From Octopus vulgaris (Eukaryota): a stretch of 64,000 nucleotides of DNA. The stretch lies in contig OX597828.1 in assembly GCA_951406725.2 (NCBI GenBank), forward strand, positions 22,320,001 to 22,384,000, written 5' to 3'. This document shows, in pieces, positions 27,468-39,466 of the stretch; within the stretch, counting starts at the first letter, position 1, and every line of letters starts with the position of its first letter. The notes beneath the pieces were generated by a model. That model was not told the DNA's origin and ran no database searches. It saw nothing but the letters and a program-made list of their open reading frames with translations. The translations under genes were made by a program, and so were the position numbers.

Positions 27468-27920
27468 GCGTGCGCGCGTGCGTGCGTGCGTGCGTGTGTA
27501 TCTGTGCGCGTGTATATATAGCCCTAGCTCTATCTTTCCTTCGTATCTTCACTTTCACTATACCTGTTCTTTTGCTTGCCCTTTCCCTCCCTTTTTCTCG
27601 TCCTCTTTCTTTCTCTCACCCCTCTGCATATACATTCTGTTCCTCAATTTTTCTAATATTTTGAGCTTCCTCCCGCCATTTTGTTTGTACATTTAACAGG
27701 AATGTCTTTTGCAATATTTGTGTGGAAAGCGCTCATTCAGTTACACACAATGTCACACAAATTCTTACACATTTACATTTACTTACAGCCATACACGCAA
27801 ACACACACACACACACTTATACATATATATATTCTACATATCTCTCCACCTCACTTTTCTCCACCTCACTCTCTATTTTGTATCCTATCTAAATTATTAC
27901 CTAACCATCCTCTCACACCG

Positions 27921-27970
27921 ACTCCGATGAAGGGATATACATAACTAATATCCTGGAAACAGCTGTAAGA
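27921..27970 (+). ncRNA. Hammerhead motif (U4C variant) in a TA-flanked cassette (~27830-28040)
   Basis: acu-CCGAUGA-ag-ggauau(loop)auaucc-ug-GAAA-cagcug-UA-aga; palindromic stem III acagcugu; weak stem I. Confidence 0.55.
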
Positions 27971-28063
27971 CTTTCTATCTATAAATTTTATAATAACTAC
28001 ACAGCCTTCATTTTTTTTTCTCATTGTGCAAAACATTCTTATATATATATATATATATATATA

Positions 28064-28975
28064 TCATGGCATCACTCCGGTGACGAAGTTTAGGCTGGTT
28101 GTTTTTCCCATCTTCTGCACGCCTGTTCGTGGCTGATAAAGCCAATGTGAGATCGACATTGCAGTCACGACAACGATTTGGTTCTTTAGGGTCTGATGAT
28201 GCAGCTGCACTTTTTTTTCGCCTCTGATATTTGCCTTCAAATGAGGAACTGTGAGAGATCTCAAATAAGGAAACAACATCGCTGATGGTATGGCGCCAAG
28301 CGACGCGCTCAGCTGTTAGAGTGGACCACTCACAATATAATCAATGTCACAAACATTAAGGCATGGGTGCACCATGTAACGCTTGTAAATATATTCCCAC
28401 CGAGATACGCTAGCCTATTGCGGTGGCCAAAGAATAAGCCACTCTACATGACGAGCTTGGGTAGGCGGTGGTCTTGTCTTTCATTTTTTTAACCTTCCAA
28501 GCCCATTGCAGTCGTGTCTGAAGTAATATGGCTTCCGGGTTTGTGGTCTTTGCTCGCTCAAGGACATCAGTTTTGATTATATAGTCACTCCAGTACGCGT
28601 CAGGGATGCTATACAGCCAGCGTTGGTGAAAACGTTCAAGAAGCCTCAGATGACAGCAACAGGAGACCCAGGGTTCAGAGTCATATAGGAACGTCGTGAG
28701 AATGCGGCCCTGTAGGCGTTGACTGTTGTGCTGATCCTAAGAAACTTGTAGCACACACGGTTTTACAGACTGACAAATAATTTTGTTGGCTTTTGCAACA
28801 GAGTTGTCAATTTTTTTGTTGACTCTCGCATCTGATGAAATGGTACTGCGAGGATTAGTGAACTGCTGTACCGACTTCTGCTCTGTTTCGCCAATGATGA
28901 TGTGGGGCAGGCGATACTCTTCCTGAGGAGCTGGTTGATGGAGGACTTCCGTCCATCACCAAAAATCATCTTCCA
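28064..28975 (-). mobile_element. RTE-clade LINE 3' fragment inserted in (TA)n
   Basis: STISSDARVNK, RLLERFHQRWLYSI, LERAKTTNPEAILLQTRLQWA, DHRLPKLV, and a C-terminal CRDC..SHIGFISH motif. Confidence 0.85.
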
Positions 28976-29199
28976 GATATATTTATGTATATATATATAT
29001 ATATATATATTTATGTATATATATATATAAGTATACATACATGCTTGTGACTACTGTTTGTGTATATGCACAGTAATCATCATTGTGTATATACACAGTA
29101 ATCATCGTGGTTTACCTATCGTGCGCTCAGTCCATCGCGGAATTTTCTGTCTAATATATGTGAATTTATATCGTGCACGCCTCAGTATATCCGTATATC

Positions 29200-31145
29200 T
29201 GCAGCGGATAGGTATTCATGTTTCTTTTAGGATGTGTGCAGTACCTGGTAGTGCTATTTTTTGTATGTTATATATATTTGTAAGTCCTGGTTGTTTTGTT
29301 ATGTATTTGTCTGAATATATTTTTTCATACCTAATGCGCTTACTATGATAGGAATTGTTTCTATTTTTAGATTCCACATTCGATTTACTTCTATTTCCAA
29401 GTCTTTGTATTTTGAAAGTTTCTCCATTTCTTTTAGAGAAACGTTGTCATCTGTTGGTATTGATACAGCAATTAGAAAGCATTTATATCTTCATGATCTC
29501 TAACAACTATATCTGGCCTACTGGCCTTAATTTCTATATCTGTGTGTATTGGCATATCGCATAGTATCGTTGCTTTCTCGTTTTGTGTGACCTTTTCTGG
29601 CGTGTGCTTATACCGTCTTTATTCTGTTGTTATTCCATAATGTTGGCATAGCTTCCAGTGTATGTAGGTCCCAACTCTGTCGTGTCTTATTCTTATGTTT
29701 CTTTTCATTTTCTGTTTTTGGTAATTTCTGGTGGGGAGGCTTTGGTCTTGTGCTGCAATTAAAAATCCTTCAGTCTCTGCTTTGAGTCCTCAACTTCTCA
29801 ACCATTGCTGGGATTTTTCTCTGTCTATTTCTTTTGCATTTAGTTTAGCCCAGTATTTGCTATGAAGGGGTTTATCTTGCCCTCGTTTTATCATGGTCCG
29901 TTGCAGTTCTAGTTTTAGTTTGGATTTCATTTGTTTTACAGCATTTGTCGTTTCTTCTTTTGCTTCATAGTTGTTACGTAGTATGACTTCTTGTTTCTAT
30001 TTGTCAGCTTCCTTAAAGACTAAGTTTTTTGTTTTGTTCGGATTTTGTGGATATTTGTATTATTAGTTTTCCTTGTTTCTGACGTAGGTATTTTTGAAAT
30101 CCTATGGTGGTTATTTTGTAATAGTTTTCTAGCTTTATAAGTCTTCTACCAGCTTCTATACGTTGTATGTATAAACTTTCTATGCCAGAATTTGGGTGGT
30201 GTATCCTAGATCCTGTCAGTATTTTTCTTCTTTTTTCTGTCTATTTTGATTAGTACATTTAGCGTCCAGTTGAGAATATCGTAGCTGTAACTTATAAATG
30301 GGACGACTAGGGTGCTGATGCCTATTAGCTTGTTTTTCGAATTGAGCTCAGTTTTCAATATAAATCTAACTAGTCCATTGTATTCTTTTTTATTTTATCT
30401 TTCATTTGTGTGTGTTGTGTCATATCTAGTTCATTGATTCCTAAATATTTACATGTCTGGCTTTGGTCTAATTTTCTTATTCCATTTGCTTTATCTAGTC
30501 TGATGTTGCTACTTTTAACTAGTTTTCCTCTTTTCAATGTTGCTTTGGCACATTTTACTAAGCCAAATTTCATATCTATTTCTTTGGTAAATCCATGTAC
30601 TGTCTCTTGTAATGTTTCCAGCAGTTTATCATATGTAGCGTACAGATTGAGGTAAGCAATATATAAGACGTGGCTGATTGTTTTGCCGTAACATTTGTAT
30701 TCGCATCCAGTTCTGGTTAGCATGTCAGATAAAGGTGTCAGTGCCAAGCAGAAAAGGAGTGGAGAAAGAGCGTGACTCCCTGGAACATACCTCTTATAAT
30801 GGGGATGGCTTTGATTTTTATGAGTCTCTATTTGGTTTGGAGCTGTAGCACTATGTGCCATTTTTTCATAGAGTTATGTATTTTATGATTATTGGTGCTA
30901 TATTGTTTATGGCTAGTGTTTCTAGGATCCATGTGTGGGGAATGCTACCAAAAGACTTTCGGTAGTCGATCCAGCGCATACTGAGGCCTGTTATCTTTCT
31001 GGGGCTGTCTTAAGTTTGGGTTTTATCGATCCTTAGTTGCTCTTTACAGCCGTATGAGCCTTTGCAGCATCCCTTCTGCTTTTCTGGAAACAGGTTGTTT
31101 TCTTCCAGATTCTTGTTCAATCTCTGCGATATAACTACAGTAAAG
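29200..31145 (-). mobile_element. R4/Dong-like LINE, decayed RT and RLE endonuclease region
   Basis: KGSYGCKEQL, WIDYRK, LSPLLFCLAL, MKFGLVKCA, KYLG, AETEGFLIAAQDQSL, RHDRVG, RPDIVV, EKLSKYKDLEIE, GTAHIL; abuts (TAA)n at 31148-31182. Confidence 0.93.
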
Positions 31146-31183
<38 letters not shown>

Positions 31184-31939
31184 TGAACTCAATTATAGGA
31201 CCCTGTCGTATAGTTCCCCCACAGACATATGTTTTTCTATCCTAAAGATAAAAAAATAGACTATATTCATTATACAGATCATGTATATATATTAGTCACA
31301 TAATTATCGCAAACATATGCTTTTCTTTCAAAGATAACTTATACGAAAAGCTATGCTGTATATGCTACTTTCATCGAAAGAGACTTACTTGGGAACACAT
31401 TCCCTTTCTTTAAATTCCCAAATTCCCACTCAATCCTTTCGGCTTTTGAAACATGTGGGTGTTTGCTGTTGCTACAAATTTTGACATCATAAATCAAGCT
31501 ATTTAAATTATTTAGAATTATATTATTTTCTTCAGTAAATTCATTTACTTTTTGAGAATTAAAGTGAAGAATTGAATACATTTAGTATTCTTCTATGTAT
31601 TGTATGTAGAAACGATTTTAATTTTTGTTCAAAGTTTTCTTGAAGGGAGGGGCATTTGTAAATGCTGTGACCATTTTTCTTGTTTGCAAGTGTTAGAAAA
31701 CAAGAAACAAATGTTTGGAGTTTACAGTTTTTGTAATTTTGTTTTTCATTCATTAGTCCAAGTGTAGAAGAGTGAATGCAAACAATTTAATTCTTACCTC
31801 TACTTTTAGAAGTTCTGCATTAAAAAATGTTTTCTTCCGCGTAGTTTCACCTTTTAAAAATCCACGATATGGAAGAGCTAACGGAAACACACACGACTCT
31901 CTCAAATCATTAACAACAACAACAACAATAATCATAATC

Positions 31940-31975
<36 letters not shown>

Positions 31976-32081
31976 GCAACAAGAGCATCGCCTACCCACC
32001 ACCACCTCCGCTGCCATCTCCACCAACAACAGCAACAACAATGATGATGAAGGTATTAATAATAACAACAACAATAACAAC

Positions 32082-32161
<80 letters not shown>

Positions 32162-32171
32162 TAATAATTAT

Positions 32172-32210
<39 letters not shown>
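31940..32210. repeat. (TAA)n microsatellite cluster
   Basis: Direct runs. Confidence 0.97.
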
Positions 32211-32977
32211 TTTTCTAACAACATCACAATTATTAAACTTGTTTGGAAAGAAAAACTCTGCTGTATTAAGACAATAGCGACAAAGGAGAAATGTAACGAC
32301 GAAAAAAATAATAACATATATAAAGAAAAAAAAATAAACATTTGTTGTTAATAAAGATTACTGGTTGTAGAAAGCTTAGAGATATCAGCGCAAGAATATA
32401 ACCGCATGAGGAATCTTGCCGGAATAAAGATGCGTTACGGAACTAAATTACCATGATTAAGAGGAATAGAAATGGCAGTAAGAAAACTTTCATGCTTTCT
32501 TGAAAACCAAAAAAAAAAAATTAGATTAAAGAAATAAAAACAAAAGAATGAAAATAAAAAAATAGAAAATAACTAAGCGTAATGACCTGTTATGTTGATG
32601 AGCAGCATTTGGCGCAGTGCTGAGTTAAATATCACGTGTTGAATTGAAGTCAAAAACATAATAGATTCCTACGGGACGAAAAAAAGAAAGACATGAACGT
32701 TAAGCTGGAAAGAAATAAAATTCATTTAATAAATCTGAGTCAGCTTTCGTTGTCTTGTGAGTAAAATTTCATGAAAAAATATGATTTGTGAATTATCTGA
32801 AAGATACTATATGAATTGTGAGAATAACTGTTCAGTGTATGATACAAGAAATATAAGAAAGAATATATTATTACGAAGACGACATGAAAAATAACTGGAT
32901 ATCTTGGATGTCAGGTGATATAGTAGAAATGAAAGGGAATATATATATGAATAATGCAATGGTATATATATATATAT

Positions 32978-34020
32978 AACGGTGGTATAACGGTGCATAA
33001 AGAACAAATAAATCTCCCGGAATACCGACAAATTCCACTGAGTGACCACTTAGACTCATGTGCCAAAGACTTAAACCCCAAATTCTATATATTCCCCTTC
33101 TACCAATGTAAAGACGGGATCACCACACAGGAGAGAATTAACAAGGAGAATCTCTTTATTGAAAAATTCCAAACACAACTTAATATACAAACTCCTCGTT
33201 GATCAAACTTCCTTTCTCTACCTCACTCTTCATGGATGGACTAACACAAATATATAAAGATACCATGCATTCACCACTTCAAGCTAAAACTTATATTCTT
33301 TAAATATCATTTTCACTATTGTTGTTGTTACTACTATCATTTTTATTATAAATGATATGACAATTTGAAATGCAATTGTCTATGCAGTTTTATATTATTA
33401 GAAAATAATATAAATAAAGTGTTAAAATCTGAAAGTTAAGTTAACAAGCAATTATATATAAAAAAGATAATGCAAATGAAGCTAAAATGATAGTTTTATA
33501 ATTTGGGTTTTATTGAAGAACTCAAAAGAGTTGTCTCCCCTTACTCACAACACAGGAACTGAAGAACCAGGACCACAATTACTACTACTTCCTGTCCTGC
33601 AACATGCTGTATTTAACAACACAACACATCACATGCTCTTAATCCCTTTGGATCTTAACACCTCAAGGTAATTTTTTGGTAAACAACCATAAAACTCAAG
33701 ATACACAACGAACTCACAATGTATCGGAGAACTTATTTTTTAATTTTTGTACATTTTTATCATTATTCTTTTACAAAAAACATTGCAATTTTCTTTTTTT
33801 CCCCTTTCTAATTTTTAAAAAAAACTTCTTAAAACATAAATATTCTTGACAAGTCATACATTGACGAAAACCGGTTGAATAAATATATATATTTATATAT
33901 TTTATCATTTTCTCATTTTATTAAAATTTTCTTTCATTTGAGCATTCTGCATTTTTAAAAAAATTTTTCCTTACTTATCATTTCTCCACGTGCGGTCAAC
34001 ACAACCCCACCATTTATTGA

Positions 34021-34021
<1 letters not shown>
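32978..34021 (+). mobile_element. 5'-truncated Penelope-like element (GIY-YIG C-terminus plus 3' region) in (TA)n
   Basis: ITVHKEQINLPEYRQIPLSDHLDSC...FYIFPFYQ...ERINKENLFIEKFQTQLN fits the PLE endonuclease tail (H...R..KE..FI......LN); TA runs on both sides. Confidence 0.8.
33842..33880 (+). ncRNA. Variant hammerhead-like motif in the Penelope 3' region
   Basis: auuc-UUGACAA-guca(uacau)ugac-GAAA-accggu-u-gaau; stems I and II pair and stem III is palindromic, but the core deviates from CUGANGA. Confidence 0.55.
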
Positions 34022-34070
<49 letters not shown>

Positions 34071-34512
34071 ATTTAGAGGTAGAAGTCCCCATGCAATTCA
34101 TCAAATCCTAATATAGATCACACCATATCATCCAATTTATTTTAATACTTACTATTTCAGTTCCAAATTTCACTTCTACACGTGTTTCATCTCTAAATGA
34201 CTAATTGACATATATTTCATTTGAATCCCTCTCAGGCCGGAATCCCTGTCACGCCGGAATATATATATATGTTTGTGTGTGTGTGTGTGTGTGTGTATGT
34301 GTGTGTATAATTATTATTTGAGGGAATGAAATCCAAACTTACAAGAAAAAAGAAATTAAGTTAGAAAGACTAAATCAAATTCCACACAATATAATATATA
34401 TATAAAATATTGTTATTTTAATTTTAACTTTTCTATTATATGTAATTTTCTAGATGGTGTAATTTATTTATTCATTTTGAATTGATAAAAGGTGTTTTTT
34501 TCCTAATAATCG

Positions 34513-34582
<70 letters not shown>

Positions 34583-34918
34583 TATGTATAGTAAATCCCA
34601 AAACAAAAAACAAAGAACAAACACAAAAAAGCAACAACGCGAGGATGTGGTACGTGTAAATTATTAGCAGAGTCATTTGTAACACTAACAACCATGTTTG
34701 AGAAATATGTAAGAAAAATCGGAATTGACATGAGAACAGAGCAAAGCCCCATAACTCTTCTAGGGGACACAGCTAGGATTTTCATGTTGGTAGTTGCATG
34801 TTGAATGTTCTACGCGATAATTAAAAACCAAGTATCAAAGATTAGAATGTGTAGAAAGAGACCCGTTGAGCTATCTGACAGCAGGTTGTTTTCTGCTCTG
34901 ACAGAATCTAAAAGAGCA

Positions 34919-35490
34919 AAGGCGGCGAGTTGACAAGAATCGTTAGCACGCCGGGCACAATACGTAGCCGTATTTCGTCTGCCGTTACGTTCTGAGTTCA
35001 AATTCCGCCGAAGTCGACTTTGCCTTTATCCTTTCGGGGTCGATAAATTAAGTACCAGTTACGCACTGGGGTAGATATAATCGAGTTAATCCGTTTGTCT
35101 GTCCTTGTTCGTCCCCTCTGTGTTTAGCCCCTTGTGGGTAGTAAAGAAATAGGTATTTCGTCTGCCGGTACGTTCTTTGTTCAAATTCCACCAAGGTCGA
35201 CTTTGCCTGTCATCCTTTCGGGGTCGATTAAATAAGTACCAGTTATGCACTGGGGTCGATATAATCGACTTAATTCGTCTGTCTGTCCTTGTTTGTAACC
35301 TCTGTGTGGGCAGTAAATAAATAGATATTACGTCTCTCTTTACATTCTGAGTCCAAATTCTTCAGAGGTTGATTTTTGCCTTTCATCCTTTCGGGGTTGA
35401 TAAATTAAGTACCAGTTGTGTACTGTGGTCGATCTTATTGACTGGCCCCCTTCCCCAAAATTTCGTGCTTTGTGCCTAGAATAGAAAATT
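34919..35490 (+). mobile_element. SINE A trimer
   Basis: Full head plus two 5'-truncated units; the first junction is aaagaaata|ggtatttcgtc. Confidence 0.9.
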
Positions 35491-35628
35491 AAAAGATTCT
35501 GTAAGAGTAAACGAGCGCTCTCAGAAGTGAAACAATAATGATAATAACTTTTTTTGTTGTAGTAGTGCAAGTGATGTCTCGATCACCTCTTAAAATACCA
35601 ATAATATTAATAATAAATGTCTCTATCA

Positions 35629-35803
35629 AATCACAGTTGTCGCGCCGTCAGCGACTAAACCGGTAATGCCATTAAGCTCGCTGTGTGAGGAGGGTGTTTT
35701 TCATGCCATTTGTCACGCTACAGGATAGAACACAAGACTTGCCTGAGGGCGGTGGAACACTTGAATCAACGATCATCCAAGTAATACACAACAGTAACAA
35801 AAA
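35629..35803 (+). mobile_element. ~175-bp short element, copy 1
   Basis: Highly similar to the reverse complement of 36628-36807; A-rich 3' end. Confidence 0.8.
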
Positions 35804-36132
35804 TTGTTTTTCATTTTGGCACTGGGTTAGCAATTTCGAGGCAAGTATGCAACTCGATTACGTTCAGCCCAGTAGGTCAAATTTACTTTATTTTATGGGC
35901 ACGAAATTGTTGGAAGGCAAAGTTAAACCAGGGCGATGTTTAATGAGGAATCGTCGCTCACGCATTATGTTCCAGTTGCCCTAAGCAGAGAGAGAAACAA
36001 AAAGAAAAAAACAAAAAAGAAAAAAACAATGCGGCTGCTTTTACAATCACAATTTGCTCGGAATTTAGGAATTCAACGCTGAACAGTTGTAGCATCTTAT
36101 ATATGTATACATATAGATATACATATATATAG

Positions 36133-36360
36133 AGTCTGAGGAACTTGCACAAAGTAGATGTAGCGGTTTTTAAATCAGTTCTGGACATCTTCCTGTCAAG
36201 AGTCCCAGATGAACCTACCTCACGGCAAGAGGTGCAAATGAGAGTAGCTATATCAAACTCCATTCTTCACCAAGTGCCACATATTAGACGAGGTTCGTCG
36301 TAATAACAGTGTAGCACAAAACGGCGGTGCATGGCCGCAGCTCTGGGCTGAAACTAGAAA
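36133..36360 (+). mobile_element. LINE 3' end, same family as 19770-20230
   Basis: LDIFLSRVPDEPTSRQEVQMRVAISNSILHQ plus the gctgaaactag tail. Confidence 0.85.
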
Positions 36361-36471
36361 AATATATATATATATATCAAGAAGTATAAGATCGTTAATT
36401 TAAAAATATAATAACGATTTTATCAAGTGGTCAGCATGAAAAAAATAACATTCAAAGGTAATAATTAATAG

Positions 36472-36950
36472 AATTATAAATTACACCATGCTGAAAATAG
36501 CAGCCATGATCTGACTCTAAAACCACCGTAATTGTCCATATATCAACACGGAGAGAAAATAAACGAACAAGATGAAACTAGTAAAAAAATAATGGATAAT
36601 TCTTTTAGTAATTTTTACTGGATAATTCTTTTTTTTATTACTGTTGTGTATTACTTGGATGATCGTTGACTCTAGTGTTCCACCGCCCTCAGGCAGGTCT
36701 TGTATTCCATCGTGTAGCGTGACAAATAGCATGAAAAACACCCTCCTCACACAGTGAGCTTAATGGGATCACCGGTTTAGTCGCTGACGGCGCGACAACT
36801 GTGATAATTCTTTTAGTAATTTTTTACTAGTTTCATCTTGTCTCTTTGTTTTCTCTCCGTGTTGATATATGGACAATTAAGGTGGTTTTAGAGTCAGATC
36901 ATGGCTGCTATTTTCAACATGGTGGTATCTCGTAGATACCCTAATTTATA

Positions 36951-36953
<3 letters not shown>
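36472..36953. mobile_element. Fold-back element with ~105-bp inverted arms (36484-36590 / 36819-36924)
   Basis: The arms are reverse complementary with a few mismatches; TA tracts at ~36361 and 36954; the spacer holds a later insertion. Confidence 0.85.
36628..36807 (-). mobile_element. ~175-bp short element, copy 2
   Basis: A-rich tail; flanking duplication gataattctttt (36621-36632 / 36803-36814). Confidence 0.8.
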
Positions 36954-36993
<40 letters not shown>

Positions 36994-37315
36994 CATACAT
37001 ATAATAATATATATATATCTTCAATATAGATATATATATTTTCATTATATATATATATATATATATATATGTACATATATATATATATACATACAAGTAA
37101 TATAAATACATATGTATACATACATATAATATAATATACTATAATATAATATATAAATATATTCAATATATATACATATATACCTATGTGTGTATATATA
37201 TATACGTACATATGATATATACACACATGTATACATACATATTCAATATATATACATATGTATATATATGTATATATATATTTATATATATACATATGTA
37301 TATATATATACGTAT

Positions 37316-37384
<69 letters not shown>

Positions 37385-38125
37385 GGGCACATCTATAAAT
37401 TAACAGTGTTATCGCTAGATGTAATAGGAAACAGAGAATTAGTGCGCTGAATTGATATAAATTCTCATTTCCAGATTCTTCAATGCCAGATAATATCCTG
37501 TATCCATGATGGAATATGGAGTTTACGATAGGAGAACAAGAGATCTAGAGCGGTTTGTTGACGATTTAAGATGAATATCTCCGACGAAGTTGAAATTAAA
37601 ATATCTAAGGAGATTATATATTCATATATTATCCCGAAGTCTTTCTATTCTTTTTATTATATCTATGTCTTACGTATTGCAAAAGAACAAACGTGCGAAG
37701 AATATAAGTAGATGGCTCGACAGAGGTTAGTGACAAGACGGAACGGATTGGAAAGTTAAATCAGACGACTAGCCATTTTAACAAATATACAATAGTCATG
37801 GCAATTATAATGCTACAGTTTGGAGAAACAAAATGAAAATTAAGCAAGAACATCAATAGTGAATATACAGAAGTAGTGAGCAAATACATTTTAAAATGCA
37901 TTATAGAAGACTTCTCTCTGAAACTATTAAATATTGTTTGTAGATGGATACCCAGGATACGCTGACTATGAAGGACAAAATGCACAATGCCTATGGCAAT
38001 TGTTATACAAAAGGAAAATTAAGCAGAAACGTGGATATATAGCGAACAAATATATTTTAAAATGCGTTATAGAAGAAATCTGTTTGAAGGTATTAAGTAT
38101 TATTTGCAGATGGAATACCCTAGAT

Positions 38126-38515
38126 GGGTGGAAGCACTCCGTCGGTTACGACGATGAGGGTTCCGGTTGATCCGAATCAACGGAACAGCCTGCTCGTGAA
38201 ATTAACGTGTAAGTGGCTGAGCACTCCACAGACACGTGTACCCTTAACGTAGTTCTCGGGGATATTCAGCGTGACACAGAGAGTGACAAGGCCGGCCCTT
38301 TGAAATACAGGTACAACAGAAACAGGAAGTAAGAGTGAGAGAGAAAGTTGTGGTGAAAGAGTACAGCAGGGATCACCACCACGTCCTGCCGGAGCCTCGT
38401 GGAGCTTTAGGTGTTTTCGCTCAATAAACACTCACAACGCCCAGTCTGGGAATCGAAACCGCGATCCTACGACTGCGAGTCCGCTGCCCTAACCACTGGG
38501 CCATTGCGCCTCCAC
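38126..38515 (-). mobile_element. Full-length SINE family C with a 12-bp TSD
   Basis: A box tggcccagtgg, B box gtttcgattcc; TSD aataccctagat at 38114-38125 and 38516-38527. It resembles the octopus OK-type SINE, from recall. Confidence 0.92.
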
Positions 38516-39023
38516 AATACCCTAGATACGCTATCGAGGACAAAAGCTCGCTTCCAATTATCTATCGTCTCACAGATTCACTCGAAGACTAGATCTATAT
38601 ACTCGGACCATGTGTCCTGATAAAAATATACTCAACTCAATAAACTTTGCGCATTTAGCTTTCTCTCGATGTAGAATTTGTTGGAGAAACTGGCCGAGGG
38701 GAAGACTGTCGAATATCATTGCTTTCATTCTTCTACAACGGAATAGCGTATTTCGATTGCTCAGCCATTATGTACAGAAATAGACTGCCCGATCATGACA
38801 ACAGACGGACTGCACCGAGATTACACTTACAACAGACGTTGCACTGGATGGGAAAGCCAGCTGTTGAGCTTAGGTCAGCAATCATCAGACACTGCATGAG
38901 TGCGTATAGACAGCTTACTACATGTCCGAATATCTGCCACTACATACTCACGCACGCACACACACGTATACGCGCACACTCATCTATATCACTACTGATC
39001 TATCTGTTTATCTGTTTATCTGT

Positions 39024-39064
<41 letters not shown>

Positions 39065-39065
<1 letters not shown>

Positions 39066-39433
39066 CTTAGTTGTTTCAGTCATTTCGCTGTGGCCATGCT
39101 GCAGCGCCGCCTTTTCAGTCAATCAGATCAACTCCTAAGCTTAATATTTATAGTAAAGGATTCTTGTTGCCGATCTGCTTGCTCTAAGTCACGGGGACTT
39201 AAGCATAACAACGGCAGATGTTAAGCGGGGGACAATCACAGACAGAATCACGCGCACGCAAACACACACACACTCACACATAATATATATGACGTGTTTC
39301 TTTCAGTTTCCTGTCCCAAAAACCTACTCACAAGAATTTGGTTGGTCCAAGGCTACAGTAGAAGTCACTTGCCCAAGTTGCCACGTATCACACGTCCACG
39401 CCTAAGCCTATATATATATATATATATATATAA

Positions 39434-39466
<33 letters not shown>

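Noticed and set aside
38690-38800. Possible piggyBac remnant (FFYN...RNRLP)
   Set aside because: Too short and degenerate; no TTAA or TIR support.
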